This document shows, piece by piece, positions 28,034 through 37,372 of a DNA stretch of 64,000 nt. Made by a program: the position numbers and the translations under genes. The stretch lies in the NCBI GenBank assembly GCA_003599345.1, contig QZJP01000012.1, positions 16,507 to 80,506 of the forward strand, in the 5' to 3' direction. This stretch comes from Bacillota bacterium (GTDB lineage Bacteria; Bacillota; Sulfobacillia; UBA995; UBA9673). The notes under the pieces are model-generated. The model did no database searches. It was not told where the DNA came from and worked only from the letters and a program-made list of their open reading frames with translations. Each line of letters opens with the position of its first letter. The first letter of the stretch is position 1.

Positions 28034-29125
28034 TCATGCCCCCATCGTCCGGAAGTAGCGCCGGGCCTCATCGCAGTCCCGGGCTATCTGGCTCCTCAAC
28101 TCCTCGGGGCCGCTGAACCTCGTCTCGGGACGTAGTCTCCTCATGAAGGACACCCGCACGGGGTCTCCGCGCGAGGGCGGCTCCCCGGACAGCATGTGGA
28201 CCTCTACCTTGACCGGAGCATCGGGGTCGGAGGCGGTGAAAGTAGGTGCCGTCCCGACGTTCGCGACGGCCGGACGCCATGAACCCGGCGCCAACGCAAG
28301 GACGGCGTCGGCGCTGTCGTGGAACGCGCACGCATAGACACCGCCCGCCGGGTAGATCACCCGGTCGGGCACGGCCACGTTCAACGTGGGAAACCCGAGC
28401 CCGCGCCCCCGGCCGGCCCCGCGTTCGACCGGTCCGGCCAGGCTATAGGGCCGGCCGAGGAGTAGCCCGGCCCTCTGTAAATCCCCCCGCTGGACCGAGG
28501 CCCTGACGGACGAGCTTGAGACGACCTCTCCATCGAGCTTCACCGCGGGGTGAACGACGACCTCGATTCCCACAGCCGTGCCAAGGTCCCTGAGCAGGCC
28601 GGGCGTTCCCCGGCCCCGGCGGCCGAAAGTGAAGTTGAACCCCACCACAACGGCCCGCGGGGCCAGGCGGCGGGCCAACGTCCCCTTCACGAAGTCCTCT
28701 GGGGCGATGTCGGCCGTCCGCCTGGTGAAGTGCAGGACGACAATCTCATCGGCTCCCGCCGATTTCAGGAGCCGGACCTTGTCCTCCAGGGTCGCGAGGT
28801 ATGACCGGCCGTCCTTCCCTGCCCCCGCCAGTAGGTCTTCGGGATGGGGCCAGAACGTCAGGACCCAGAGAGGGGCCCCAAGCCCGCCTGCCATCTGAAG
28901 CGCGTTCCGGAGGAGGCTCTGGTGGCCCACGTGCACCCCGTCGAACACTCCAATGGCTAAGACCGGCCGGCTGCCCGACCCAACCCCCGGCAGGCCGGGG
29001 CACCCATGACCCGTGTCTGCACCCGGCGCCCTCCCCGCCCGCTCTGGCCGTATGTCAAGGAGGACGTAGTCGCTAGTCAACGGTATCCCCGCCCTGAGGA
29101 TGCCCGGCCCGGTCGCGGGCGCCAT
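28034..29125 (-). CDS. ribF: Bifunctional riboflavin kinase / FMN adenylyltransferase
   Basis: FAD-synthetase motif [15 protein letters not shown] and C-terminal riboflavin kinase domain. The annotated start overlaps the truB 3' end by 53 nt. No alternative ATG/GTG/TTG start lies between the truB stop and the conserved motif. Confidence 0.8.
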   Translation of the reverse strand: MAPATGPGILRAGIPLTSDYVLLDIRPERAGRAPGADTGHGCPGLPGVGSGSRPVLAIGVFDGVHVGHQSLLRNALQMAGGLGAPLWVLTFWPHPEDLLAGAGKDGRSYLATLEDKVRLLKSAGADEIVVLHFTRRTADIAPEDFVKGTLARRLAPRAVVVGFNFTFGRRGRGTPGLLRDLGTAVGIEVVVHPAVKLDGEVVSSSSVRASVQRGDLQRAGLLLGRPYSLAGPVERGAGRGRGLGFPTLNVAVPDRVIYPAGGVYACAFHDSADAVLALAPGSWRPAVANVGTAPTFTASDPDAPVKVEVHMLSGEPPSRGDPVRVSFMRRLRPETRFSGPEELRSQIARDCDEARRYFRTMGA

Positions 29126-30107
29126 GACCGACCTCGGGACACAGGACCTTCCTCGGCCTTAACCGCCCCCCGGCCAATTCCGCCACGGCTACCAGTTCCC
29201 CGCTGTCGGATAGGACTCTCACCATGCGAAGGCCGGCCGTCACGGACGCCGATCCCTCGGCCCCATTCCCCCAGACACCTCCGCTGTAAGGAAGGGCCTC
29301 CCCCCTGCGGAGCCTATCAACAGCCACCCGGTCGGGTCGGACCGCGGGCAGATGACTCACCGCCCTGGCCGGAGACAAAGGGACCCCGTGAATGCCGCCA
29401 CCGGAGGCGACCTTCGCCTCCTCCAGAGTGAGAGAGTCCCCCACGTGGAAGGGCCCGACCGCCTCACGCACGAGGAAGCCAAGGTGGGCCCCGACTCCGA
29501 GAGCCCGGCCCACGTCGTGGGCCAAGGCTCGGATGTAGGTCCCCCGCGAGCATCTCACGCGCACCCTCGCCAGAGCCTCCCCGGGCAACCCCACTTCGCG
29601 GCCGCCCGTGGCCGCCGCCGGCATGAAATCCATGAGGTCGATGGAGTAGACAGTCACTGTCCTCGCCTCGAGCTTGGGGGGCCTGCCCTCGCGGGCCAGC
29701 CGGTACGACCGCTCGCCCCCTACGTGCACGGCGGAAACAGCGGGCGGCACTTGCTCTATGCGACCGGTGAACCCAGGCAGAGCCCGCTCCACGTCCGGTC
29801 GTGAGAGGGCCCCGACAGCCCCAGCCGGAGCCCATTCGACCGTGTCCCCGGTCCAATCGAGAGTGGTAGTGGTCCTGCCGAAGCGCAGTTCGGCCACGTA
29901 GGTCTTGGGAAGATCCATCAGGTACTCGGCGAGTCGGGTCACACTCTGACCCACGAGCACCAGGAGTACTCCACCCGCCGCCGGGTCGAGCGTACCCGCG
30001 TGCCCGACATGGCGCTCCCCGGTCATGCGGCGTAGGGCCGCAACGACATCGTGGGAGGTCATGCCGGGAGGCTTGAGCATCGGGTAGAGGCCAGTCTTGC
30101 CGGTCAA
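29073..30107 (-). CDS. truB: tRNA pseudouridine(55) synthase TruB with C-terminal PUA domain
   Basis: Catalytic motif KPPGMTSHDVV…HAGTLDPAAGGVLLV. The ORF runs to 30194. The likely start is TTG 30105-30107 (TTGA overlap with the nrnA stop, GGAGGG 5 nt upstream). Confidence 0.8.
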   Translation of the reverse strand: MTGKTGLYPMLKPPGMTSHDVVAALRRMTGERHVGHAGTLDPAAGGVLLVLVGQSVTRLAEYLMDLPKTYVAELRFGRTTTTLDWTGDTVEWAPAGAVGALSRPDVERALPGFTGRIEQVPPAVSAVHVGGERSYRLAREGRPPKLEARTVTVYSIDLMDFMPAAATGGREVGLPGEALARVRVRCSRGTYIRALAHDVGRALGVGAHLGFLVREAVGPFHVGDSLTLEEAKVASGGGIHGVPLSPARAVSHLPAVRPDRVAVDRLRRGEALPYSGGVWGNGAEGSASVTAGLRMVRVLSDSGELVAVAELAGGRLRPRKVLCPEVGHGARDRAGHPQGGDTVD

Positions 30108-31105
30108 GGGCACCCTCCGGCGCGGTCCAGTGTCTTGTTGCTCTTCGCCAGCACCCGGCTGAGAGCCTCGTCGACCGGGCCGGGCAGAATGCATCCGGCG
30201 GCCTTCCGGTGACCTCCACCACCCAGGCTCTCGGCAATAGCTCCCACATCGATGTCCCGCTTCGACCTGAACGCCACCCGGACCAGCCCGTCAGGCATCT
30301 CCTGCAGCAGGAAGCAAAGGTCGACGAAGTCGATCATCCTCGGATAGCTGACGAGACCCTCCACCTCGTCATCGGTCGCCCCGCACTCCTCGAGCATCTT
30401 CCGGGTGACGGTGACCCAGGCAATCCGTCCACCCATCGCGAAGCTCAGGGTGCCGAGCATCTTCTCCAGCAGTCTCAGGCTCGACAGGGTCCTCGTGTCG
30501 TGGATGATCTCGCCCACGGGACCCGGCTCGACCCCAAGGCCGAGAAGCTCAGCCGCCAGAAGGTGCGTCTCGGCCGTCGTGTTGTCGAAACGAAAGCCGC
30601 CCGTATCGGTGCTGACCGCAACGTATAGGCACAGGGCCATCTCGCGGTCGAGAGGCACGCCCATTCCGGCTATGACCCGACGCACCTGCTCGGCGGCTGA
30701 CGACCCGTGAGCGTCGACATAGTTGACGTGCCCGAAGAGGGTGTTCGAGGGATGGTGGTCGATGTTGATGATGAGGGGGACCCGGTCGAGATCGTCCGGC
30801 TGAAGGCCGGCGCGACGCGCGTCGCTGCAGTCGATGAGCAGGACGCAATCGTAGTCGGCTACCCGCTGGGGCAGCCGTGAAAGGTCGGTGATGGCCTCGA
30901 AGCCCGGCAGGAACGAATAGCGCCCCGGTGCGTGTGCCGGGCTGGCGATGGTGGCATGCTTCGACGCCTCTCGTAGAGCCCGGCCCATGGCGAGGTTCGA
31001 GCCGACACTGTCGCCGTCGGCGAACTCGTGGAGCACCAGGAGGAAGTTGTGCCGGCCCTGAATGGCCCGGGCCACGTCGGCGGCCGAATGACTGCCCTGG
31101 CTCAA
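30104..31105 (-). CDS. nrnA: DHH/DHHA1 phosphoesterase NrnA (nanoRNase / pAp phosphatase)
   Basis: DHH motifs (HEFADGDSVGS, IDHHPSN) and C-terminal DHHA1 GGGH. Confidence 0.8.
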   Translation of the reverse strand: MSQGSHSAADVARAIQGRHNFLLVLHEFADGDSVGSNLAMGRALREASKHATIASPAHAPGRYSFLPGFEAITDLSRLPQRVADYDCVLLIDCSDARRAGLQPDDLDRVPLIINIDHHPSNTLFGHVNYVDAHGSSAAEQVRRVIAGMGVPLDREMALCLYVAVSTDTGGFRFDNTTAETHLLAAELLGLGVEPGPVGEIIHDTRTLSSLRLLEKMLGTLSFAMGGRIAWVTVTRKMLEECGATDDEVEGLVSYPRMIDFVDLCFLLQEMPDGLVRVAFRSKRDIDVGAIAESLGGGGHRKAAGCILPGPVDEALSRVLAKSNKTLDRAGGCP

Positions 31106-31485
31106 CCCTCGTCCTCCCCCGGGCCGCCGGCCGGTCCCTTGGCGCCGTCCGGGTAGAGTTCGCCGAGGATCGTCTGAATGCGTGAACCCCGCTCGATTGA
31201 GTCGTCCAACCGGAAGAGGATTTCCGGGGTATACCTCAGCTGGATCCGCTTGCCGAGTTCCGTCCGCACGTAACCCGCGCCTCTCTTGAGGGCCGCGAGG
31301 GAGTCGCTCTTGTCGGCGTCCGAACCCAGAACGCTGACGAAGACCTTGGCGACCTTGGCGTCACGCGAGACGTCCACGTCCGTGACGCTGACGAAACCAA
31401 GTCGCGGGTCCTTAAAGCCCCGCAGGATGGAACTGACCTCGTCACGGATGGCTTCCTTGACCCTTCTGAGCCGCGCTTCGTCCAT
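31102..31485 (-). CDS. rbfA: Ribosome-binding factor A
   Basis: KH-like RbfA fold. About 120 aa. Follows infB/ylxP as expected. Confidence 0.85.
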   Translation of the reverse strand: MDEARLRRVKEAIRDEVSSILRGFKDPRLGFVSVTDVDVSRDAKVAKVFVSVLGSDADKSDSLAALKRGAGYVRTELGKRIQLRYTPEILFRLDDSIERGSRIQTILGELYPDGAKGPAGGPGEDEG

Positions 31486-31494
31486 GCCCGCCCC

Positions 31495-31776
31495 TCATCT
31501 CGCGTCCCTTGTCGCCTCGAGAACGACATGGGGACCGGCGATCTCGACCCATCGGACCAGGTCGTCGAGGAGGTGACGACAAACCGCGTCGCTGCCGGAG
31601 ACACACGCCACGCCCAGCGTGGCGGCCTGCCAGGCATCCAAGTCGTCCACCTCGGCTACAGACACTCCGAAACGGTTCCGCATCCGCGCCATCAGGCTCG
31701 TGACGAGCTGACGCTTCTCCTTCAGAGACCTGACCTCGGGTAGATGCAACCTGAGGCGCACGGTCCCCACGATCAC
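31495..31776 (-). CDS. ylxP: DUF503 (YlxP-like) protein
   Basis: VIVGTVRLRLHLPEVRSLKEKRQ… DUF503 signature. GTG at 31774-31776 overlaps the infB TGA (GTGA), with GGAGGAGG 7 nt upstream. The ORF-track extension to 31857 is rejected. Confidence 0.6.
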   Translation of the reverse strand: MIVGTVRLRLHLPEVRSLKEKRQLVTSLMARMRNRFGVSVAEVDDLDAWQAATLGVACVSGSDAVCRHLLDDLVRWVEIAGPHVVLEATRDAR

Positions 31777-34664
31777 CTCGGAACCTCCTCCATGGCGAAG
31801 GCCTCGAGGATATCGCCTTCCTTTATGTCCTGGTAGTTCTCGAGCCCAATGCCGCACTCAAACCCGGCCGAGATATCGCGGACATCGTCCTTCACGTGCT
31901 TCAGGGAGGCGATGGCTCCTTCGTGGACAATCACGCCGTCGCGCACGACACGGATCTTGCTTCTACGAGCGATCTTCCCGTCAGTGACGTAGCAGCCGGC
32001 GACAGTCCCGACCTTGGGGACCTTGAAGAGCTGCCTGACCTCCGCGTGGCCGAGCACAACCTCCCGGTACGTCGGAGCGCGCAGCCCTTTGATGGCCGCG
32101 GTGACATCGGAGATCGCCTCGTAGATGACCCGGTAGGTGCGGATGTCCACGTGCCGCTGCTCGGCCGCCTGCCGGGCCCCCGCATCCGGAGTCACGTTGA
32201 AGGCGATGATGATGGCGTCGGACGCGGCCGCCAGCATGACGTCACTCTCAGTGACGCCGCCGACGCCCGTGTGGATGACGGAAAGGCCGACCTCGGGCTC
32301 CTCGAGCTTTTCGAACGACTGGCGCAAGGCCTCGAGCGAGCCCTGCACGTCGGCCTTGAGGACGAGGTTCAGTTGCTTACGCTCACCCTCACGGAGATCC
32401 TTGAACAGGTCGTCCAGGCTCGCGGTCGGACGCGCCTCGCCCAGCTCGGCCTGGCGGCGCCTCTCGTCCCGGTTCGCCGCCATCTCCCGGGCCATCTTCT
32501 CGTCGGCCAAGGCCAGGAGAACATCCCCCGCCTCAGGCACTTCGTCAAGGCCCACCACCTCGACCGGGGTCGAAGGTCCGGCCTCGTCAAGCCGCTCGCC
32601 GCGATCGTCCACCATGGCTCTGACCCGCCCGAAGGCCGTCCCACACAGGATCGGGTCACCTACGCGGAGGGTCCCTGTCTGCACGAGCACCGACGCTACA
32701 GGCCCGAGCCCCCGGTCGAGCCGGGTCTCGATGACGATACCCTTGGCCCGTCTGGACGGGTCGGCGCGGAGTTCGGCCATCTCGGCCATGAGGAGGATCA
32801 TGTCCAGGAGATCGTTGATGCCGGTGCGTTCCTTGGCCGATACCGGGACCACGACGGTATCCCCGCCCCAGTCCTCGGCCGTTAGACCCAACTCCGAGAG
32901 CTGCTTCTTGACCCGGTCCGGAAGGGCGTTAGGCTTGTCGATCTTGTTCAGGGCGACGAGAATTGGCACTTCGGCGGCTCTGGCATGGTTGATGGCCTCC
33001 ACGGTCTGGGGCATCACACCGTCGTCCGCGGCGACCACGAGCACCGCGATGTCCGTCAATCGCGCGCCACGGGCCCGCAGGGCGGTGAACGCCTCATGAC
33101 CGGGCGTATCCAGGAAGACAATTCTCTTGCCCTGCCACTCCACGGTACTGGCGCCGATGTGCTGGGTTATGCCGCCGGCCTCACCAGCGGTCACCTTGGT
33201 TTCCCTGATGGCGTCGAGGAGCGAAGTCTTGCCGTGGTCGACGTGGCCCATGACCGTGACCACCGGCGGCCGCGGCAGGCCTTGTTCCTCGTCGTCCTCG
33301 TCTGCCGGCCGCTCCGCCCCGGCCTCTCCTGGTTCCGTGTCCGGGCGCGTGGCGGCGTGCACCACGATACCCATCTCCGAGACCGCTATCCGGGCCGACT
33401 CGGCGTCGAGAACCTGGTTCAGGCTCGCGACGATACCCATTCTGATGAGGGCCTTGATGAGTTCGGCACCGCTCATGCCGAGACGGTCCGCTAGGTCCCT
33501 GACCGTTATCGGGCCCTCGATGACGACCTCAGTAGCCCTTTGGCGCGGCGGCTCGGCAGCGACAGCCGGGCCGGCTGTCCGGCGGCCGCCGGACCTGCGG
33601 GCGCGACTGAGACGGCGCTCGGCCTCGTCGTCGCGCCGCCAGCCGCGCCCCGGGGCACCCTGGCGTCCGGCCTTGCCCCTCGAGGGAACGCCTCCCTGCC
33701 CTCTGCGGTCACGTCGCCCTGCTTGGCGACCGGTGGCGGCCTGAGGCTTATCCGGAACAGGGGGCACCCCCGGTGCGCCCGGGGCGCGCCGGGGCGGGTA
33801 GTCCCTCGGACCGCCCAAAGGACGCCTGTCAGGACCACGGTCACGAGGCACGGGGCCCCGCGGGGGACCCGGCCTATCCGGTCCGGGCCGGCGCGGGGCG
33901 GCACCCTCCACAGGCCTCGGCCCGCCCCGAGGACGGTAGCCTTCCGGAGGGACCGGCACGGCGCCCCGAGCTTGCGCGCTTCGAGCCCCGGGTGTGGGGC
34001 CTCTTGCCGCCGCGAGCCCAGTCTCTCCACCACGTCTGGCTGCCGCCGGGGTAGGTCTGGTTTGGGGACCCATCGCCCCCGGCCGCTCACCACCCCTCCG
34101 GTCGGACAAAGGCGGCGGGGGGGGCGGCGGTGCCGGAGTCCGACCCGAAGGCAGTTTCGGACCCAGCCCTCGCTCACCGGCGCGCACGGCTTCGGCATCG
34201 CCCGGCGCGGCGCGATAGGCTTCCTCAGTCTCATCAGGACCCGGCACGCGGCGCTTGATGCGCGGCAGGCCAGTTCCGGCTTCGATCTCATCAGCTTCGG
34301 CGGGGGCGGCCACACGCCTCGCGAACAGGGCCTCGTCCGGCTGCCCGGCGCCGGTAGCCGCCGGGACTCTTCTGGTCTCGGGCGAAGGCTCGGCAGGCAA
34401 TTCCGGCTCCTCGTCGGGTCCCGGCCTCCGGGGTCTCTGCAGAGATGTCAGCCACGTCGGCTCGGGACGAGCGGCCGCTATCCCGCGCCCGCCTAGAGTC
34501 GGCCTGCGAATGAGCCCCTTCAGCCTCGTCTCGAGGTCGGCATCGACCATGTCTGTCTGACTGGATACCTTGACCCCGAGATCCCCGAGGAGTCTCAGGA
34601 GTTGGCTGGAGCTGACTCCAAGCGTTCTGGCCAGCTCGCTAACTCTAACCTTGCCTTCGGGCAA
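31773..34664 (-). CDS. infB: Translation initiation factor IF-2 with about 400-aa Pro/Arg/Gly-rich low-complexity N-terminal region
   Basis: G-domain VDHGKTSLLD…DTPGHEAF…NKID and C-terminal beta-barrel domains. 963 aa. Confidence 0.95.
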   Translation of the reverse strand: MPEGKVRVSELARTLGVSSSQLLRLLGDLGVKVSSQTDMVDADLETRLKGLIRRPTLGGRGIAAARPEPTWLTSLQRPRRPGPDEEPELPAEPSPETRRVPAATGAGQPDEALFARRVAAPAEADEIEAGTGLPRIKRRVPGPDETEEAYRAAPGDAEAVRAGERGLGPKLPSGRTPAPPPPPPPLSDRRGGERPGAMGPQTRPTPAAARRGGETGLAAARGPTPGARSAQARGAVPVPPEGYRPRGGPRPVEGAAPRRPGPDRPGPPRGPVPRDRGPDRRPLGGPRDYPPRRAPGAPGVPPVPDKPQAATGRQAGRRDRRGQGGVPSRGKAGRQGAPGRGWRRDDEAERRLSRARRSGGRRTAGPAVAAEPPRQRATEVVIEGPITVRDLADRLGMSGAELIKALIRMGIVASLNQVLDAESARIAVSEMGIVVHAATRPDTEPGEAGAERPADEDDEEQGLPRPPVVTVMGHVDHGKTSLLDAIRETKVTAGEAGGITQHIGASTVEWQGKRIVFLDTPGHEAFTALRARGARLTDIAVLVVAADDGVMPQTVEAINHARAAEVPILVALNKIDKPNALPDRVKKQLSELGLTAEDWGGDTVVVPVSAKERTGINDLLDMILLMAEMAELRADPSRRAKGIVIETRLDRGLGPVASVLVQTGTLRVGDPILCGTAFGRVRAMVDDRGERLDEAGPSTPVEVVGLDEVPEAGDVLLALADEKMAREMAANRDERRRQAELGEARPTASLDDLFKDLREGERKQLNLVLKADVQGSLEALRQSFEKLEEPEVGLSVIHTGVGGVTESDVMLAAASDAIIIAFNVTPDAGARQAAEQRHVDIRTYRVIYEAISDVTAAIKGLRAPTYREVVLGHAEVRQLFKVPKVGTVAGCYVTDGKIARRSKIRVVRDGVIVHEGAIASLKHVKDDVRDISAGFECGIGLENYQDIKEGDILEAFAMEEVPR

Positions 34665-34670
34665 ACAACC

Positions 34671-35057
34671 TCACCCCTTCATCGGGTCCCGCCGTGTCGG
34701 GTCAGGAGACGGCGGAGCCTTTGCCACTTCAAGGGCGGTGCCTGGGGCCTTCCCCGCCGGTACCGGCGTGAGACCCGCGTTGACCGCCTGGCTGAGGGTC
34801 TCGAGGACATCATCGGGCACAGCCGTCTCAAGAGCCTTCTCCAGCCTTCTCGCTTTGACCGCCGCTTTCAGGCAATCCCCACTCGGGCAGACATAGGCGC
34901 CTCTGCCAGCTCTACGCCCCCCTGGGTCCAGTTCCACGGACCCAGACGGGGTGCGTACGACGCGTACAAGTTCCTTCTTGGGCCTCTTGAGGCCACACCC
35001 CAAGCAGCTCCTCAAGGGCTGGCGCTTCGGGCGCCTCGGCGTTCTCCGGGTCGGCAT
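34671..35057 (-). CDS. ylxR: YlxR-family (DUF448) protein with extra C-terminal tail
   Basis: CLGCGLKRPKKELVRVVRTPSGSVELDPGGRRAGRGAYVCPSGDCLKAA matches the YlxR/DUF448 Cys motif. No separate L7Ae-like ylxQ gene follows. Confidence 0.7.
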   Translation of the reverse strand: MPTRRTPRRPKRQPLRSCLGCGLKRPKKELVRVVRTPSGSVELDPGGRRAGRGAYVCPSGDCLKAAVKARRLEKALETAVPDDVLETLSQAVNAGLTPVPAGKAPGTALEVAKAPPSPDPTRRDPMKG

Positions 35058-36265
35058 CAGTCAGACTTTCCTTCGCCCTGGGCGGGTCCGCCTTCCACCT
35101 GCGGCTCAATCGGGTAGACGTCCTCGTCCCCGCCCTCGCTCTCGCCCAAGCCCGGTTCCTCGGTGACCTCCCGCGCCTCGAGGACCTGCAATTCGCTCTT
35201 GATATCGATCCGCCAGCCAGTCAGCTTGGCGGCCAACCGTGCGTTCTGACCCTCGCGCCCGATGGCCAGCGACAGCTGGTAGTCGGGCACGACCACCCGA
35301 GCCACCTTCTCCGCCGGCTCCAGCACGGTTTCAAGGACCTTGGCCGGCCGCAGGGCGTTCCCGACATACTCGTTCGGGTCGTCTGACCAGGGGATGATGT
35401 CGATCTTCTCACCCTTGAGTTCCCGGACGACGGCCTGGACGCGGACCCCCTTGGCTCCGACACAAGCCCCCACCGGGTCGACGTTGGGGTCGCGCGACGC
35501 CACCGCAACCTTCGCCCTCGAACCCGGCTCGCGAGTAATGGCCTTGATCTCCACGAGACCGTCGTGTATCTCAGGCACCTCGAGTTCAAAGAGCCTCTTG
35601 ACCAGCCCGGGGTGCGTACGAGAGAGGAATATCTGAGGTCCCTTGGGGGTCTTGCGGACCTCTACTATGTAGACCTTGAGTCTCTCACCCGGTCTGAGTC
35701 TCTCCCCCGGCATTTGCTCGGACGGTCCAAGAACAGCCTCGGTCTTGCCCAGGTTCACGAAGTAGTTGCGCCCTTCCTGGCGCTGAACCACCCCGGTGAC
35801 GATGTCACCCTCGCGGCTGGAGAACTCCTCGAAGATGACGCCCCTTTCCGCTTCACGTATGCGCTGGAGTACGACCTGCTTGGCGGTCTGGGCGGCGATA
35901 CGCCCGAACTCCCGGGGAGTAACCTCCGTCTCGAGCGTGTCGCCGATCTCAAAGGCGGGATCTGTCTGGCGCGCCTCTTCCAGCGACACCTCTACCCTGT
36001 GGTCGGTGACCTCCTCGACCACCTGGCGGAGGGCAAACACCCTGAACTCGCCGGTCTCGGCGTCCAACTCGACCCTTACGTTCTGAGACGTGCCGAAGTT
36101 ACGGCGGTAGGCCGAAACAAGGGCCATCTCGATGGCCTCCATCAAAGCCGCCACCGGGATTCCCTTCTCATCCTCGATCTGGGCCAAAGCCTGGATGAAA
36201 TCTAGATTCGCGCCCTTGGGCTTCCCTCCGGGCTTGCGGCCTCCGGACTGGCGGGACGGAGTCAC
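35057..36265 (-). CDS. nusA: Transcription termination/antitermination factor NusA (N-terminal domain, S1, KH1, KH2)
   Basis: NusA N-terminal domain, S1 and tandem KH domains recognisable. Acidic C-terminus. The start may be downstream of the annotated one. Confidence 0.9.
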   Translation of the reverse strand: MTPSRQSGGRKPGGKPKGANLDFIQALAQIEDEKGIPVAALMEAIEMALVSAYRRNFGTSQNVRVELDAETGEFRVFALRQVVEEVTDHRVEVSLEEARQTDPAFEIGDTLETEVTPREFGRIAAQTAKQVVLQRIREAERGVIFEEFSSREGDIVTGVVQRQEGRNYFVNLGKTEAVLGPSEQMPGERLRPGERLKVYIVEVRKTPKGPQIFLSRTHPGLVKRLFELEVPEIHDGLVEIKAITREPGSRAKVAVASRDPNVDPVGACVGAKGVRVQAVVRELKGEKIDIIPWSDDPNEYVGNALRPAKVLETVLEPAEKVARVVVPDYQLSLAIGREGQNARLAAKLTGWRIDIKSELQVLEAREVTEEPGLGESEGGDEDVYPIEPQVEGGPAQGEGKSD

Positions 36266-36834
36266 CTGTCACCGCCCCCCATCCGGTCATCCGAGGCAGG
36301 GGAAGCCGTGCGGCCAGGGATTCCCGACCAATCAACAGCCAAGTGGGCCTTGGCGATCTCGCGCCGAGGAAGCTCAACCGTGCCTTCGGCACCCAGGTCG
36401 AGCACCACCCGGTCGGCGTCGTCCAGCCCCCCGAGCCGCCCGGTCAGCACCTTCTTGCCTCGGACGGACCGATAGAGATAGAGCGTCGCCAAGCGCCCCT
36501 TGAAGCGGTCGTAGTCGGTCGTCTCCCTCAGGGGCCGCTCCAGGCCCGGAGACGACACCTCTAGCCGGTAGGCGTGGGGTATCGGATCGGCGGCATCCAA
36601 GGTCTCCCCTAAGGCCCTGGCGACCTCTTGGCAATGATCAAGCGTCACGCCGTCGGGATGGTCAAGGAAGACCCGCACGTACCACTCCTGTCCCTCACGG
36701 GCATACTCGACCCTGTCGAGCTCAAGCCTGTCATCACGCCGAGCCAGTATCTCGCGGCACGCCTGGGCGACTTTCTCCTCGACTTCCCTCCTGGACTCGG
36801 ACACCTCTGTCACACCCGCCTCTTGGGCCTGCAT
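36262..36834 (-). CDS. rimP: Ribosome maturation factor RimP
   Basis: RimP/DUF150 signature LEVSSPGLERPL. 4-bp overlap with nusA. Confidence 0.85.
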   Translation of the reverse strand: MQAQEAGVTEVSESRREVEEKVAQACREILARRDDRLELDRVEYAREGQEWYVRVFLDHPDGVTLDHCQEVARALGETLDAADPIPHAYRLEVSSPGLERPLRETTDYDRFKGRLATLYLYRSVRGKKVLTGRLGGLDDADRVVLDLGAEGTVELPRREIAKAHLAVDWSGIPGRTASPASDDRMGGGDR

Positions 36835-36967
36835 CGATGAGAGGGAGTGGGCACCTTTCGACCCACTCCCGGAAGATGCGTCTTGTCGCTGGATTCGACC
36901 GTACAGAAACGGCCCTGGGCCGAAGACCTGTCCGGGCTCCTCCGTCTCCTTCAGGGTGGTTTCCCCT

Positions 36968-37007
36968 CAAGAAAACAAACACGGCGCGAACCTAGCATGG
37001 CGCCGTA
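36968..37007 (-). terminator. Intrinsic-terminator-like hairpin plus U-tract in the rimP-nusA-infB leader (putative attenuator)
   Basis: Minus-strand reading: aCGGCGCcatgctaggttcGCGCCGtgtttgttttcttg. A perfect 6-bp GC stem with 12-nt loop followed by a T-rich run. It lies between the putative promoter and the rimP start. Confidence 0.4.
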
Positions 37008-37018
37008 ACCCAGAGTCC

Positions 37019-37048
37019 AGTATAGCATATCCAGCGCGCAACCAGCAA
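37019..37048 (-). promoter_or_regulatory. Putative sigmaA promoter of the rimP-nusA-infB operon (TTGCTG-18-TGcTATACT)
   Basis: Minus-strand reading: TTGCTGgttgcgcgctggatatgcTATACT with extended-10 TG. A locally AT-rich island. Confidence 0.35.
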
Positions 37049-37114
37049 CAAATGGGCCGTCTGGGCGGCGTCAGGGCTCCGGCTTGACCGCCTCGGCCTC
37101 AGCGCAGGAACTGC

Positions 37115-37255
37115 GTGGGGGTCCGGGGAGGCAGCCTTCTGCAAAGCAGGGGCATCGGGGGTCCGGTGAGGCCGCCGTCGAACCAAGAGTCACGGTGTGA
37201 GCCGTGACTCTGTTCGTCAAGGCCGAACCGGAGCCCCCGACGCCCAGTTTCGGGG
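37115..37255. repeat. REP-like GC-rich palindromic element, copy B
   Basis: gtgggggtccggggaggcagcc…tcgggggtccggtgaggccgccgtcgaaccaagagTCACGGtgtgaGCCGTGACTctgttcgtcaaggccgaaccggagcccccgacgccc. The internal 9-bp perfect stem differs from copy A but preserves pairing. It sits between the mgtC stop and the rimP promoter. Confidence 0.8.
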
Positions 37256-37372
37256 ATGGGCGGACTTCGCTGGACCCCCAACACCGCAACCGAGCGGCCG
37301 ATCCAGAGCCTCCAACACCCGAGTCTCGCATAGGGCGCTTCGACGGAACCATACGCCCGGGTCCGAACGCGG

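Noticed and set aside
27874-28071. 66-codon N-terminal extension of rpsO (ORF 27607-28071)
   Set aside because: S15 is a universally 89-aa protein. ATG at 27873 with GGAGGTG SD reproduces the conserved N-terminus [10 protein letters not shown]. The extension region instead holds promoter-like and leader sequence.
34671-35057. YlxR-L7Ae (ylxQ) fusion to explain the 128-aa length
   Set aside because: The C-terminal 35 residues (…AVNAGLTPVPAGKAPGTALEVAKAPPSPDPTRRDPMKG) have no L7Ae/L30e motifs. Treated as a low-complexity tail.
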